Of a stretch of DNA of 64,000 nucleotides, positions 1 through 11,989 are shown piece by piece. Source of the stretch: Eledone cirrhosa. Taxonomy: Eukaryota. Every line of letters starts with the position of its first letter. Position 1 is the first letter of the stretch. The position numbers and the translations under genes are program-made. Where the stretch lies: NCBI GenBank assembly GCA_964016885.1, contig OZ024747.1, forward strand, positions 65,410,001 through 65,474,000. The letters run 5' to 3'. The notes under the pieces were generated by a model that was not told the origin of the DNA, ran no database searches, and worked only from the letters and a program-made list of their open reading frames with translations.

Positions 1-122
1 TTGAAGCTCACGGTGGAGATGACGAAGGACCGTGACGAGTGGAGAGATGCTGTGCTGAATAAGATCCGTCCCACCCTTACAAGCAGGGAAAAACAGATGT
101 AAAATGATGATGATGATGATGA

Positions 123-125
<3 letters not shown>
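1..125 (+). mobile_element. RTE LINE 3' end with (GAT)n tail
   Basis: Encodes [21 protein letters not shown]; CAAGCAGGGAAAA terminus and (GAT)n tail shared with other RTE copies here. Confidence 0.8.
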
Positions 126-180
<55 letters not shown>

Positions 181-611
181 GTATATATATATATATATAT
201 ACACACATACATATATATATATATGTGTATATATATATATAAATACATACATATTTGTGTGTGTATGTGTATGTATGTATATATATATATATATATATAT
301 TTCGTTTCTGAATTTGTTTAGCAAGATTCTTTATCTGAAATCGTGTGTTGAAACCGATATTGTTATACTTAGGGAGGGTCATGTTGCCAATAAGAAACAC
401 ACGCACCAGTTGCTTTCACTTCAATTTATTATAATAAATTTATAATAAATTTATAAATTTATAAATTTCTGGTTGGTTGGTTGGTTCCACAACCAGATAG
501 TTGTGTATATATTGTCATAGTTCTTTCATCACACACTCTGTGACCTCTTCAGTGACTGGGGATTCCTTTCTTTGTTTCTGTGCCTCTCCTCTGTTCTGTC
601 CTATGCCATTT

Positions 612-808
612 CACACAGGCATAATACAGCTTTATTTATTTATTTTTTAATTTTCAGGTTAGCAGGTTTATATTTTCACCAGCAGTTTTGGGTAAGAGGA
701 CTTTCACTCTAATGCTACTAATTTGGTCCGACGAAAGCCCCAAGACGATAGAAAATGCAACCCGCTACGAAGTAAAAGCTGTAGGAACTGGAACAGTAGG
801 TGAATTAA
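612..808 (+). pseudogene. Inverted duplicate of exon F plus 46 nt of upstream intron
   Basis: Exact reverse complement of 1372-1568; lacks the last 2 exon nt and the donor site. Confidence 0.92.
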
Positions 809-866
809 ACAAAATGGCGTAGGACAGAACAAAGGAGAGGCACAGAAACAAAGAAAGGAATCCCCA

Positions 867-909
867 GTCACTGAAGAGGTCACAGAGTGTGTGACGAAAG
901 AACTATGAC
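867..909 (+). ncRNA. Minimal type I hammerhead ribozyme (mirror copy on - strand at 514-556)
   Basis: GTCA-CTGAAGA-G-GTCAC/GTGAC-GAAA-G-AA-CTA-TGAC: conserved core, stem II, very short stem III, stem I GTCA/TGAC. Confidence 0.75.
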
Positions 910-1369
910 AATATATAAACAACTATCTGGCTGTGGAACCAACCAACCAACCAGAAATTTATAAATTTATAAATTTATTATAAATTTATTATAATAAATT
1001 GAAGTGAAAGCAACTGGTGCGTGTGTTTCTTATTGGCAACATGACCCTCCCTAAGTATAACAATATATATATATATATATATGTATGTACGTATGTGACT
1101 ATGGCAGCATGGCTGACAGCTGGAGCTGTGTGTAAATAATAAGATGTTACCTACTGATGAGAACCCACATCTTAATGATGCTTTTATCTAATAACAGTAA
1201 TCTGCCATTATTTCTTTCCAGTTCAACAATCAGTTTGATGCCACAACAGTTCCCTCTGTCTAGCACATCACCTTATATAAAAATATAGACAGTTCCAGGG
1301 GGAAATTGTAAAATGTCAAAGGAGAACAAAAAGAAGAAAGCAATGTTTTGGTTCTGTTGAAGCACTTAC

Positions 1370-1522
1370 CGTTAATTCACCTACTGTTCCAGTTCCTACA
1401 GCTTTTACTTCGTAGCGGGTTGCATTTTCTATCGTCTTGGGGCTTTCGTCGGACCAAATTAGTAGCATTAGAGTGAAAGTCCTCTTACCCAAAACTGCTG
1501 GTGAAAATATAAACCTGCTAAC
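1370..1522 (-). CDS. CFAP65: CFAP65-like exon F (VSRFIFSPAVLGKRTFTLMLLIWSDESPKTIENATRYEVKAVGTGTVGELT)
   Basis: ttttcag acceptor and gtaagt donor; 153 nt, phase 0 to 0; resembles recalled 'WTFSP...ATTHYMLRLVGVG'. Confidence 0.88.
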
Positions 1523-1550
1523 CTGAAAATTAAAAAATAAATAAATAAAG

Positions 1551-2020
1551 CTGTATTATGCCTGTGTGTAAAGTGCGATGTTGCATAGTAGGGAAACCTG
1601 AGCATTGCAAGCAGAGGATATGAAAAGTCTGAAGAGAAATGAAGCAAGCATGCGTTGATGGATGTGCAATGTTAATGTGTATGAATGACAATGCATGGAA
1701 GGATTGAGAGAAAAACTGGGTCTAAGAGGAATCAAAAGTAGTGTGCAAGAGAGAAGACTGCACTGGTATGGATGGACATGTGAGGCACATGGATGATGAT
1801 CGATGGGTGAAGAAGTGGCAGGAAATCCAAGTAGAAGGAAGCCACAGTCGAGGAAAACCAAAGAAGACCTGGGTGGATGAAGGGAGAACTGATCTCAAAT
1901 CACTGAAGCTCACAGAAGAGATGATGAAGAAACATGGCAAGTGGAAAGATTCTGTGCTCAAAAGAAACCATCCAACCCATGCATGCATGGAAAAACGGAC
2001 ATAAAAACGATGATGATGAT
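1551..2020 (+). mobile_element. Degenerate RTE 3' fragment
   Basis: Broken AMLH..ET / VQERRLHWYGHV / RGKPKKTW motifs; (GAT)n tail. Confidence 0.85.
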
Positions 2021-3045
2021 GTACATAAAATATATGTACATATATATGTGTGTGTGTGTGTGTGTGTGTATATACCCTTGCAAGCAGGGAAAAGCGTTCG
2101 TAAAATGATGATATACATACACACACATCTGTATGTAAATACATATGCTTATATCTCTGTCTATGTCATTTACATTTCACATTTACATAACATTTTGTGT
2201 TTGCATGTATGTAAATATATATGTCCCTCTCTATGTTATTTACATCAATGTAATGGTGATGTATTTATATATATATATATATACCATATACATGAATGCA
2301 ACTCCCTCTCTCTCTTTTTCTCTCTCTCCCTCTCTGTTTCTCTCTCTCTATATATATATATATCTGTTTCTCTCTCACCATGTCGTTTACAATATACATC
2401 AAGTTAACAACAATAATATTTAAAAAAACCTAACCATTTATTTCAGTAATAATATGTTTACTTTCAATCTTTATAGCTATGTCAATAAACTGACACTCTT
2501 CTTGAAAGTAATTTAACATCTACTTCAAACTAGTTTATTTAATCATTAAATTCTTACTCCCTTAAAACAACATTATATATAAGAGAGATTTAAATTTTAA
2601 AGGGGATCTCCTTGAATATTTCTTCTTATTGAGTTTTATGGTAAATTAAAACAATGTTTTATGCCATCTTTAACATGGGAGGACTATTATTCCATTTATT
2701 TTGTTAGCATATTTAGTTTATTCAGTATTTTCGGATGGCAGGATGTTTATTTTTTTCCTACTTTCACTTTCAATATTGACTTTGCATGATCAATGTTTAT
2801 GCTATAATTATGTGTTAGATTTCATTACCACACACCCTAACTAGCCCTTAAAATGTGTATTTATGCATAGGACTGTGTATACCCGTGTGTATATGCATGT
2901 GTGTGAATTGCAAATGTGCATAAATGTATGTTAATAGAGTTACAATGAAATTGCTGTTTGCATATGTGCATATGCAAAAACACACATATACATATCTCTT
3001 TTCTCTTATCTCTCACTCATTCCCACCCTCTCATATATACATACA

Positions 3046-3081
<36 letters not shown>

Positions 3082-3429
3082 CATACAAACATGCCAGCTT
3101 GGAAAACATAAAAATTGACAATATATATGTGTATGTACATATATAATTGTATGCATGCGCATATTTATATATGTGTTTCACTGGCTTACACATGAATGTT
3201 TAAGAAATAACTAAAGTTTCTCCCTTGCGCTGTGACAATACTTATGTCAAAACAGACAAGGTTTATGAAATACCAGATGGTATTTTCGAATATCTTCCAC
3301 CGTTCTCAGACATTTTTAAACATTGTCCCACATTCTCTCACATCTTAAATGTGAAAAAAGGTTAAAAGATATCAAAATATCTGAGAAAATATTTAATAAA
3401 TGGAAAGTGTGGGAAATATGTATGGAAAT

Positions 3430-3830
3430 TTCCTCACATTTTTGTACATTTTATCAGATTTTATCAGATATCCTTCCATATTCCTACATTTCATCAGATA
3501 TCCACTCACAAAATCCTGTTTTATCACATTTTATAAGATATATATTCATATATTCCTATATATTATCACATTTTTATCACATATACACTCACATATTCCT
3601 ATGTTTTATCACATTTTATCAGATATACACTTAAGTATTCTTACATTTTATCAGATATATCCTCACATATTCCTCTGTTTTATCACATTTTATCACATAT
3701 ACACTCACATATTCCTGTTTTATCACATTTTATCACTTATACACTCCTGTTTTATCACATTTTATCACATATATACTCAAGTATTCCTATATTTTATCAC
3801 ATTTTATCATGTATACACTCACATTTTCTA
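3430..3830. repeat. Degenerate AT-rich minisatellite (about 33-bp units)
   Basis: Recurrent ttttatcacattttatcacatatacactc. Confidence 0.75.
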
Positions 3831-4192
3831 ACATTTTCTACCCTTTTCACACAATTTCAAAGATTTGCAACACAATCAGTCTTTGAAATATTTTTTTTTT
3901 TGTCATTATTTTCTGCTGATTTTTTCACATTTTCAATTTTCATTACATTATTTCTTTGTGTTTTCAGATTATATTCCAATTCCTTATAGTATTTTATCTT
4001 TTATTTTCTATATATTTAGCAGACGCTTATTGGGAAAATTATTTTATAATTGTGGATATGCCGCATCAGTGTTTGTTACTTAGCAACAAATGTAAGATTT
4101 ACTGCTTCATGTATCTTTTATTTACTAGATTTAATGGTGAGAGGAATAAATAAATAACAGTAAAACAAAACTAATATATGTGTGTGTGTGTA

Positions 4193-4240
<48 letters not shown>

Positions 4241-4414
4241 GCATAATACATACATAATATATATATATACATACATAATATATATATACATATATAATAT
4301 ATATATATACATACATACATAATATATATATACATACATAATATATATATACATACATTATATATATACATATATACATTGGAGGCACATGTATATATAT
4401 ATATACATATATAC

Positions 4415-4768
4415 ATGGAGGCACATGGCTTAGTGGTTAGAGCATTGGCCTTGCAATTGAAAGGTTGTGAGTTCAATTCTCAGACCGGGTGATGTGTTGT
4501 TTCCTTGAGCAAGACACTTTATTTCACATTGCTCCAGTTTACTCAGCTGTAGAAATGAGATGATAGGACTGGGACCCACATCATTCCACTGCAAAGTGGT
4601 CGTGGAGGTGCCACGGCAAAAAAAGCACCCAGCACTCACTGTAAATGAGGTTGGTGTTAGGAAGGGCATCCAGCTGTAAAAATCAAGCGAGAATCAGTTC
4701 CTGTCCCACCCTTTCAAGCAGGGAAAAGCGGACGTAAAATGATGATAATGATGATGATGATGATGATG
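4415..4768 (+). mobile_element. tRNA-derived SINE joined to an RTE-type 3' tail
   Basis: A box TGGCTTAGTGG, B box GAGTTCAATTC, CCTTGAGCAAGACACTT core-like motif, then RTE 3'UTR and (GAT)n. Confidence 0.7.
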
Positions 4769-5102
4769 ACATTATATACATACATTATATATATATATAT
4801 ACATACATTATATATATATACATATATTTACGACTGCATTCACAGATTGATTTTTTTAGTTTCAGAATATCCCGTTAAGGGTGAAAGCAGCGATTCTTTG
4901 CTTAAACTTTAATCTGTTATTTTAATAAATATATATATATATATATATAACGAAGGAATTGTGGTAAGGAACCAGATGGACCATAACGCACCAAAGTACT
5001 CAATACTTAGGGTAGTAGAGTGGGTAATAGGAACAAGTATGACCCCAGTCCAGAAATAGCCGTCGAAACGGCTTGAGCCCTGCCGTCGGCGTCATACTTG
5101 TT

Positions 5103-5152
<50 letters not shown>

Positions 5153-5155
<3 letters not shown>

Positions 5156-7285
5156 TCATCATCGTTTAACGTCCATCTTCCACGCTTGCATGGGTTTGGA
5201 TGGGAGTTTTCCCACTTGAGGCAAGATTGTTTGTCTTGCTCGTATAGGACTGTCTGGCGGGTTTTCTACGGCTCGATGCCCTTCCTGCCCTTCCTAACAC
5301 CAACCACGTTTACAGTGTGGACTGGGAGGTTTTTACCGTGTTACCTACACGGCCACATTACAGCGTGGAGTGTGTTTTTTTGTCGTGACACCTACACGAC
5401 CTCATTTGTTTCGGACTGGATGTTGTGGTACCAACATAACTTCACATTTAAGGGGGTGGTGTGGATGGGGTGGGGGTAGTGGGATAGGGGTGTATTTTTG
5501 TTAGAGGTGCCTACTGACTGTAGGTTTCGCTTTGTACTTAGGCAAAGCGGGTCTTCTGTATTACTGTGTAGCACCAAAGATCTTGGTCCAGTGACATTGT
5601 CTTGGGGAGGTGTAAGTGTGTGAGGTCGGAATTTATCAAGTCGTCCCAGGTTTTTCTGGGTCTGCCTACTCCGTGGCTACCGTCTATTTTTATCGCCCTG
5701 CACTTTTTTATACAGCTGTCGTCTTTCATGCGCATCACGTGACCATACCAACATAGTCTTCTCTCGAGTAAACAACATCTGATCCCTCTTATTCCTAATT
5801 TCTCCCTTAGTTCGTTTTATGCTTTGCCGTTCACGTATATTACTATTACACATCCAGCGGAGCATGCAAGCTTCGTTTCTCTCCAGTCTGCGTATATCCT
5901 CTGCACACAATGCCCAGGTTTCACTGCCATGTAACATTGCTGTTCATATGCAGGCATCATACAACCTGCCTTTCATTTTTAGAGAGAACCCTTTAGCGGC
6001 CAATAGTGGTATAAGCTCTGAACTTTTTCCATCCTGTTCCGACTCTAGCTACTGTACTTTCAGAGCACCCTCCCCCACTGCTGATTTTGTCACCTAGGTA
6101 ATGGAAGGTGTCCACTATTTCTATAGAACCATCTGGGCAATGGAATGAGCTAGTATTTTGTGGGCACTTGCTGCTACTTATTGCACCAGAGCACCGGCCA
6201 CATATAAAATCTATATTCTTAGTTAGCTTACCTGTGATCCCACTACATCTTTTATGCACCCATACTTTGTATTTGGGACATAAAATGGAGTTTCTGCCTA
6301 CTCCTTTCCTACACACTGAGCATGGCCATTTCCCAGATGGGACCGGTGCCCTATTTTCCTTCCTACAAACTAGAACTTTAGTCTTAGACAAGTTAATTTT
6401 AAGGCCTTTTGATTCTAGGCCATGCTTCCATGTTTGGAATTTCTTCTGTAGTTCAGCCATTGATTCAGCTATGAGCGTTAGATCATCTGCGTATAGAAGT
6501 TCCCATGGGCAGCCGGTCTTGAACTCCTCTGTTATAGCCTGAAGGGCAATAATAAATAGTAGGGGGCTAAGAACGGAGCCCTGATGAACACCAACTTTTA
6601 CGCTAAACTCTTCACTATATTCGTTGTTAATTCTAACCTTGCTGGCTGTTTCTTTATACATGGCTTGTATAGCTCTTACAAGCCATTCATCAACACCTAG
6701 TTTTCTAAGAGCCCTCCAGATAATGGAGCGGGAGACTCTGTCAAAGGCTTTCTCCAAGTCAACAAAAGCTAAGTATAGGGGTTTACTTTTAGCTAGGTAC
6801 TTCTCCTGTAGTTGTCGTACAATGAAAAGAGCATCTGTGGTACTTTTGCCTGACACAAACCCGAACTGCATTTCATCTAGGTCAATTCTCTCTCTGATTA
6901 GTTGTGCTATTACTTTTTCCGTGACCTTCATGACCTGGTCGATTAATTTAATGCCTCTATAGTTACTCCTATCTAGGGCATCTCCTTTACCCTTGTAGCA
7001 GTTAATGATAATGCTGCTATGCCAGTCCTTCGGAACGACCCTATTCTGTATGACTTGGTTTACTATCCGGGTGACCATAGTGTGTCCCACCATTCCAGAT
7101 GCTTTCAGCATTTCAGCAACTATTTCCGAAGGCCCAGCCGCCTTATCCGTCTTCATATCTTTGATTGCCCTACTTATTATACTACCTTCAACTAGCAGTG
7201 CTGTTCCCTCTATTGGATCGATGTGGGGGAAACTGTCTTTCTCCCATTTATTCTCCTATATATATATTCTCCCATTTATTCTCCT
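5153..7285 (-). mobile_element. 5'-truncated RTE LINE (RT pseudogene, ORF 5993-7156)
   Basis: DLEKAFD, GVHQGSVLSP and YADD motifs; frameshifts near 6020 and 5815; (GAT)n tail; inserted in (TA)n. Confidence 0.95.
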
Positions 7286-7310
7286 ATATATATATATATA
7301 TATATATATA

Positions 7311-8056
7311 TACTCTGGGGTTCTTTTCCCCATCTGAGTGCTAAAGCTACAGACCGATTCTGCATTCGTTAGCTTGGCCGTGTTCTAAAGCTTTGTTAAT
7401 GTTGTACTAAAATTTGTATTTACTCCTAGAATTAACGATTAACTGATTAATTTAATTAGATGATTCTATTGAATGATTAATTGTTTATGTTTGTTTGATA
7501 ACTTCTGGTTGAGTGCTTAATTCAGTTTGTCTAAAGGGATTCATCCCTTTATCTCAAATTAGAATTCACCGCCTAAGCGGAGGTTACTTCCCTTGGAGAA
7601 AACCACGTGTCTGTGGCGAAATTTAAAGCTACTACATGCCCGCTCAGGCTAAGAATGAAAGACTTGTTGAAGAAGGAAATCCTGTGTTCTGTCGTCAAAA
7701 ACCATTATATTGCAGACTCCTGCAATCGGAATTTGTCGATCCTGGATTTCCAGGAACTTAGCACTGATGTTGGGTGCTGTATGTGATGTATATTGTGTGA
7801 TATATGATGTACATTATATATTTTGCATTCAGCCTCACCGCTCTGTCCGGGTCAGTATAAAATCTTTTCCTGGGTCCTGTATTTTCGTTGCTCTAGTGAT
7901 GCAGCTGGACTGTCGACCGCTATATCTGATTTGCTAAGCTGTCTGAACGTATTGTTATTACTCTGGGGTTCTTTTCCCCATCTGAGTGCTAAACCTACAG
8001 ACCGATTCTGCATTCGTTAGCTTGGCCATGTTCTAAAGCTTTGTTAATGCTGTACT

Positions 8057-8060
<4 letters not shown>
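7311..8060 (+). repeat. Unclassified element with about 100-bp terminal direct repeats (7311-7412, 7959-8060)
   Basis: Near-identical direct repeats; (TA)n flanks; related sequence at 17335-17500 (-). Confidence 0.6.
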
Positions 8061-8087
<27 letters not shown>

Positions 8088-8643
8088 CAAGACAATGTCA
8101 CTGGACCGAGACCTTTGGCGGTACTCAGTAACAGAGAAGACCCACCTTACCTAAATACAAAGTAAAACCTACTAGCCAGTAGGCATCTCTAACAAAATAC
8201 ACCCCCGTCCCACCCCATCCACACCGCCCCCTTCAATGCAAAGTTATGTTGGTGCCACAACATCCAGGCCGAAACAAACGAGATCGTGTAGGTGTCACGA
8301 CAAAAAACACACAGTCCACGCTGTAAATGTGGCCGTGTAGGCAACACGGTAAAAACCTCCCAGACCCACACTGTAAATGTGGTTGGTGTTAGGAAGGGCA
8401 TCCAGCTGTAGAAAACACGCCAGACAGTCCACGCTGTAATGTGGCCGTGTAGGCAACACGGTAAAAACCTCCCAGCCCCACACTGTAAATGTGGTTGGTG
8501 TTAGGAAGGGCATCCAGCTGTAGAAAACCCGCCAGACAGTCCTATGTGAGCAAGACAACCACTCTTGCCTCAAGTGGGAAAACCCCCGTCCAAACCCATG
8601 CAAGCGTGGAACAGGGACGTTAAACGATGATGATGATGATGAT
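8088..8643 (+). mobile_element. RTE 3' end with internal tandem duplication
   Basis: Homologous to reverse complement of 5153-5600; (GAT)n tail. Confidence 0.85.
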
Positions 8644-8837
8644 ATATATATATACATACATACATTATATATAATGTTTCATCATCATCATCATCATCAC
8701 CGTTTTACGGAACAGGTTTGATTTTGAAATTTAAATTTGTCCAAGCACTACGGCCATTGCCAGTACAATTTGTTTTTGTTGATTTATGATGTATTATCTT
8801 AAGTCATGATAGGCAAACTGTAATATTATTATGTGTA

Positions 8838-10549
8838 TCATCATCATCATCATCACCGTTTTACGTCCGTTCTTCCACGCTAGCATGGGTTAGACGGGTT
8901 GTCCTGTTGTGGGCAGTGTCTGGTCGGCTGACCATGCCTTGCTCATACAGGAACTGATCTGGCTTGATTTCTACAGCTGGATGCCCTTCCTAACACCAAC
9001 CTCATTTACAGTGAGTGCTGGGTGCTTTTTCGTGGCGCCTACACGTCCACTTTACAGTGTGGGCTGGGTGCTTTTTTGCCGTGGCACCTCCACGACCACC
9101 TTGCGGTGGGGGGGGGGGCATATTGTTTATATGCTTCAGCATGTACCCATGGGAGGTCGGGTACCCTGTATTACTGCGTGACGCCAGAAGTCACGGTCGT
9201 GTGTCATTGACTTTGAGAGGTGTAGTTGGGTAAGGTCGGCTTTTATCACCTCATCCCAAGTCATCTTGGGTCTCCCCACTCCGCGGTTTCCATCAACTTC
9301 TAGTGCTCTGCACCTTTTTATGCAGCTGTCATCCTTCATACGCATCACATGTCCATACCAGCGTAACCGCCTCTCCTGCACGCAGCATTTGATTCCTCTT
9401 ATGCTCAGTCTCTCTCTCAATTCATTTATGCTTTGTCGTTCACGTATATTACTGTTACACATCCATCGGAGCATGCAGGCTTCGTTTCTCTCTAATCTAC
9501 GTAAGTCTTCCACCTTCAGCGCCCAGGTCTCACTACCATGCAACATCGCTGTTCGGATACACGCATCATACAGTCTGCCTTTCATTCTGAGGGAGAAGCC
9601 TTTTGCAGCTAGCAGTGGTAGTAGTTCCCTAAACTTCTTCCATCCCGTTCTTACCCTAGTTATTGTACTTTCTGAGCACCCACCTCCGTTGCTAATTCGG
9701 TCACCTAGGTAGCAGAAGCTGTCTACTGTTTCTACAGGGCCCTCCCAGAGATTGGTGGTACTTGTTTCCTGTGGCTGTTTGCTTGCTGTTTCAGCACAGC
9801 TGCTGCATGTGAATCCTACATTCTTAATTAAGCTTCCTGAGATCCCGCTACATCTCTTGTGTACCCATTGTTTGCATTTGGGGCAGAGAATGGAGTTCCT
9901 ACCTACACCTTTCCTACATACTGAGCAAGGCCATTTCCCTGAGGGGATCTGGGTTCTGTTTTCTCGTCTACTTACAAGGACCTTAGTCTTTGTCATGTTG
10001 ACTTTGAGGCCCTTTCTCTCTAGTCCCTGCTTCCAGGTTTGGAATTTATTCTCTAGTTCTACCATAGATTCAGCTATGAGTGCGAGGTCATCAGCATACA
10101 GGAGTTCCCATGGGCATCCGGTCTTAAACTCCTCCGTTATTGCCTGCAGGACTATGATGAACAGGAGAGGGCTAAGAACAGAGCCCTGGTGGACCCCAAC
10201 CTGTACGCTAAATTCCTCGCTATACTCATTGCTAATCCTAACTTTGCTGACTGCTCCTCTATACATGGCTTGTACCGCTTTCACAAGCCATTCATCTACT
10301 CCTAGTTTTCTAAGATCCCACCAGATTACTGCACGTGGAACTCTGTCAAAGGCTTTCTCAAGGTCGACAAATGCCAAGTAGAGTGGCTTACTTTTAGCTA
10401 GGTACTTTTCCTGTAATTGTCTCACAAGGAAGAGGGCATCAGTGGTGCCTTTCCCTGGTACAAACCCAAATTGCATCTCGTCTATATTCACCCGGTCCCT
10501 AATCAGCTGTGCTATAACTCTTTCTGTTACTTTCATGACCTTTCATGAC
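8838..10549 (-). mobile_element. Young 5'-truncated RTE LINE; ORF 9136-10536 is open to its stop (RT, PHD-like finger, C-terminus)
   Basis: 466-aa uninterrupted ORF with YADD and RWYGHV; 3'UTR and (GAT)n tail. Confidence 0.95.
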
Positions 10550-10931
10550 ATATATATATATATATATATATATGTATTCATCATCATCATTTTTTTAATA
10601 CCATTTTCCCATGCTTTCATGGGTTGCTCAAGTCCCTCTCAGCATGGCATCTCTCCACTCATTGCATTCCTTGATCATCTCTGTGAGTTTCAGCAATTGG
10701 AGGTCAGCTCTAACAACCTCTGTCCAGGTCTTCCTTGGTCTACTTCATCTGTTAGGGATTGGGTATGATGTACCAATCGGGGTCCATCAAAAACCTGGTT
10801 GTGGCTTGTTTCCATGGTCACACCTCCACCACTCAGGCTAATTGAGTGACTTTCATCCCTTCATGTCTAAGATCATGTGCCCTAGCTCTGACAATGCAGC
10901 CTTCATGCTTAGCATTTAGAAATTGATCAAG

Positions 10932-11720
10932 TGGTGGTGGTGGTGGTGGTGGTGCTTGTGGTTATGGTGGTGGTGACTGTGTAATGGTGGTGGTGGTGGT
11001 GGTGGAGGTGGAGGTGGTGACTGTGATGTTCATGATAATGGAGGTCATGGTAATGGTGGTGGTGGTGGTGGTGACTGTGTAATGATGGTGGTGGTGGTGG
11101 TGGTGGTGGTGGAGGTGGTGACTGTGATGTTCATGATAATGGAGGGCATGGTAATGGTGGTGGTGGTGGTGGTGGTGGTGGTGGTGGTGGTGGTGGCGGC
11201 GGCAGTGGTAGTTGTGGTGGAGGTGGTTATGATGATGTTCATGTTGCCAACAACAACCCTGAGCACCTTTTTCATCTCCATGTGTCTAACACACGTGGAC
11301 ATGCCCACAAAGTAAGAAAACAGCACAGTTCCCATGACTTTCGGAAACATTTTTTCACGCTCAGAGTTGCTGAAGCATGGAACAAACTACCTGCATCGGT
11401 TGTTAGTTGCCAGGACACTGCATCCTTTAAGGCCTCCATGCTTCCCGAGATCCGCCAACACTACAGCTAACACATACACACATGTACTTCCCTGACATTT
11501 GTGTATTATTCTATGTACTATACATACCCTTTTGATGAGTTGTAGTGCGCCTGAGCACTTTACACAATAATTTCATTATTATCATTATTATATGATGGAG
11601 GTCATGGTGGTGGTGGTGGTGGTGGTGGTGGTGGTGGTGGTGGTGGTAGTGGTGGTGGTGGTGGTGGTGGTGGTGGTAACAGTAGTCGTGACATGGTGGT
11701 GTTGTCAGTGATGATGATGA
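10932..11720. repeat. (GGT)n-rich tract interrupted by a CR1 fragment
   Basis: Visible GGT/GAT repeats. Confidence 0.85.
11255..11590 (+). mobile_element. CR1-clade LINE 3' fragment
   Basis: TRGH..K...RKHFFTLRVAEAWNKLP is the typical CR1 ORF2 C-terminus; (ATT)n-like tail. Confidence 0.85.
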
Positions 11721-11989
11721 TGGGTGATAATGAATCTCAATGCTAATTAAACTACTTTCTTATTTATAACAATAATGAAATATCTACATTTAATTGCTCA
11801 ACACAAGATACGCTGAGATTGCAAGAGACAAAGAATTCTCTCTCAGCACAATGGAGGAAAAAGAAAATAATAATGATAATGGTGGAATTAAAGATATTCA
11901 CTGGAAATTATTTCCTTGGAATTCTCTAAAGAACATTAGCAGCTGAAATCTGTCGCATCATTTCAATTGGTAATAACAATAACAACAGT

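Larger units (their letters stand above)
301..1066. mobile_element. Penelope-like pLTR fold-back (arms 357-611 and 812-1066) enclosing a captured exon copy
   Basis: 255-bp inverted arms with about 5 mismatches by eye; hammerhead in each arm; extra tail 301-356; (TA)n on both sides. Confidence 0.8.

Noticed and set aside
77-445. YI/CV/HT-rich ORFs here and at many other positions (e.g. 4118-4476, 49137-50409, 58215-58726)
   Set aside because: Translations of (TA)n/(CA)n microsatellites.
658-808. Plus-strand exon of a separate antisense gene
   Set aside because: It is an exact inverted duplicate of exon F lacking the donor site; no other plus-strand exons were found.
1151-1272. Possible additional minus-strand exon (DVLDRGNCC...)
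   Set aside because: Its only open frame needs phase 1, but exon F ends in phase 0; no CFAP65 similarity.
11045-11350. Thr-rich mucin-like ORF (also poly-T/V/G ORFs at 44991-45308)
   Set aside because: (GGT)n/(AGT)n trinucleotide repeats.
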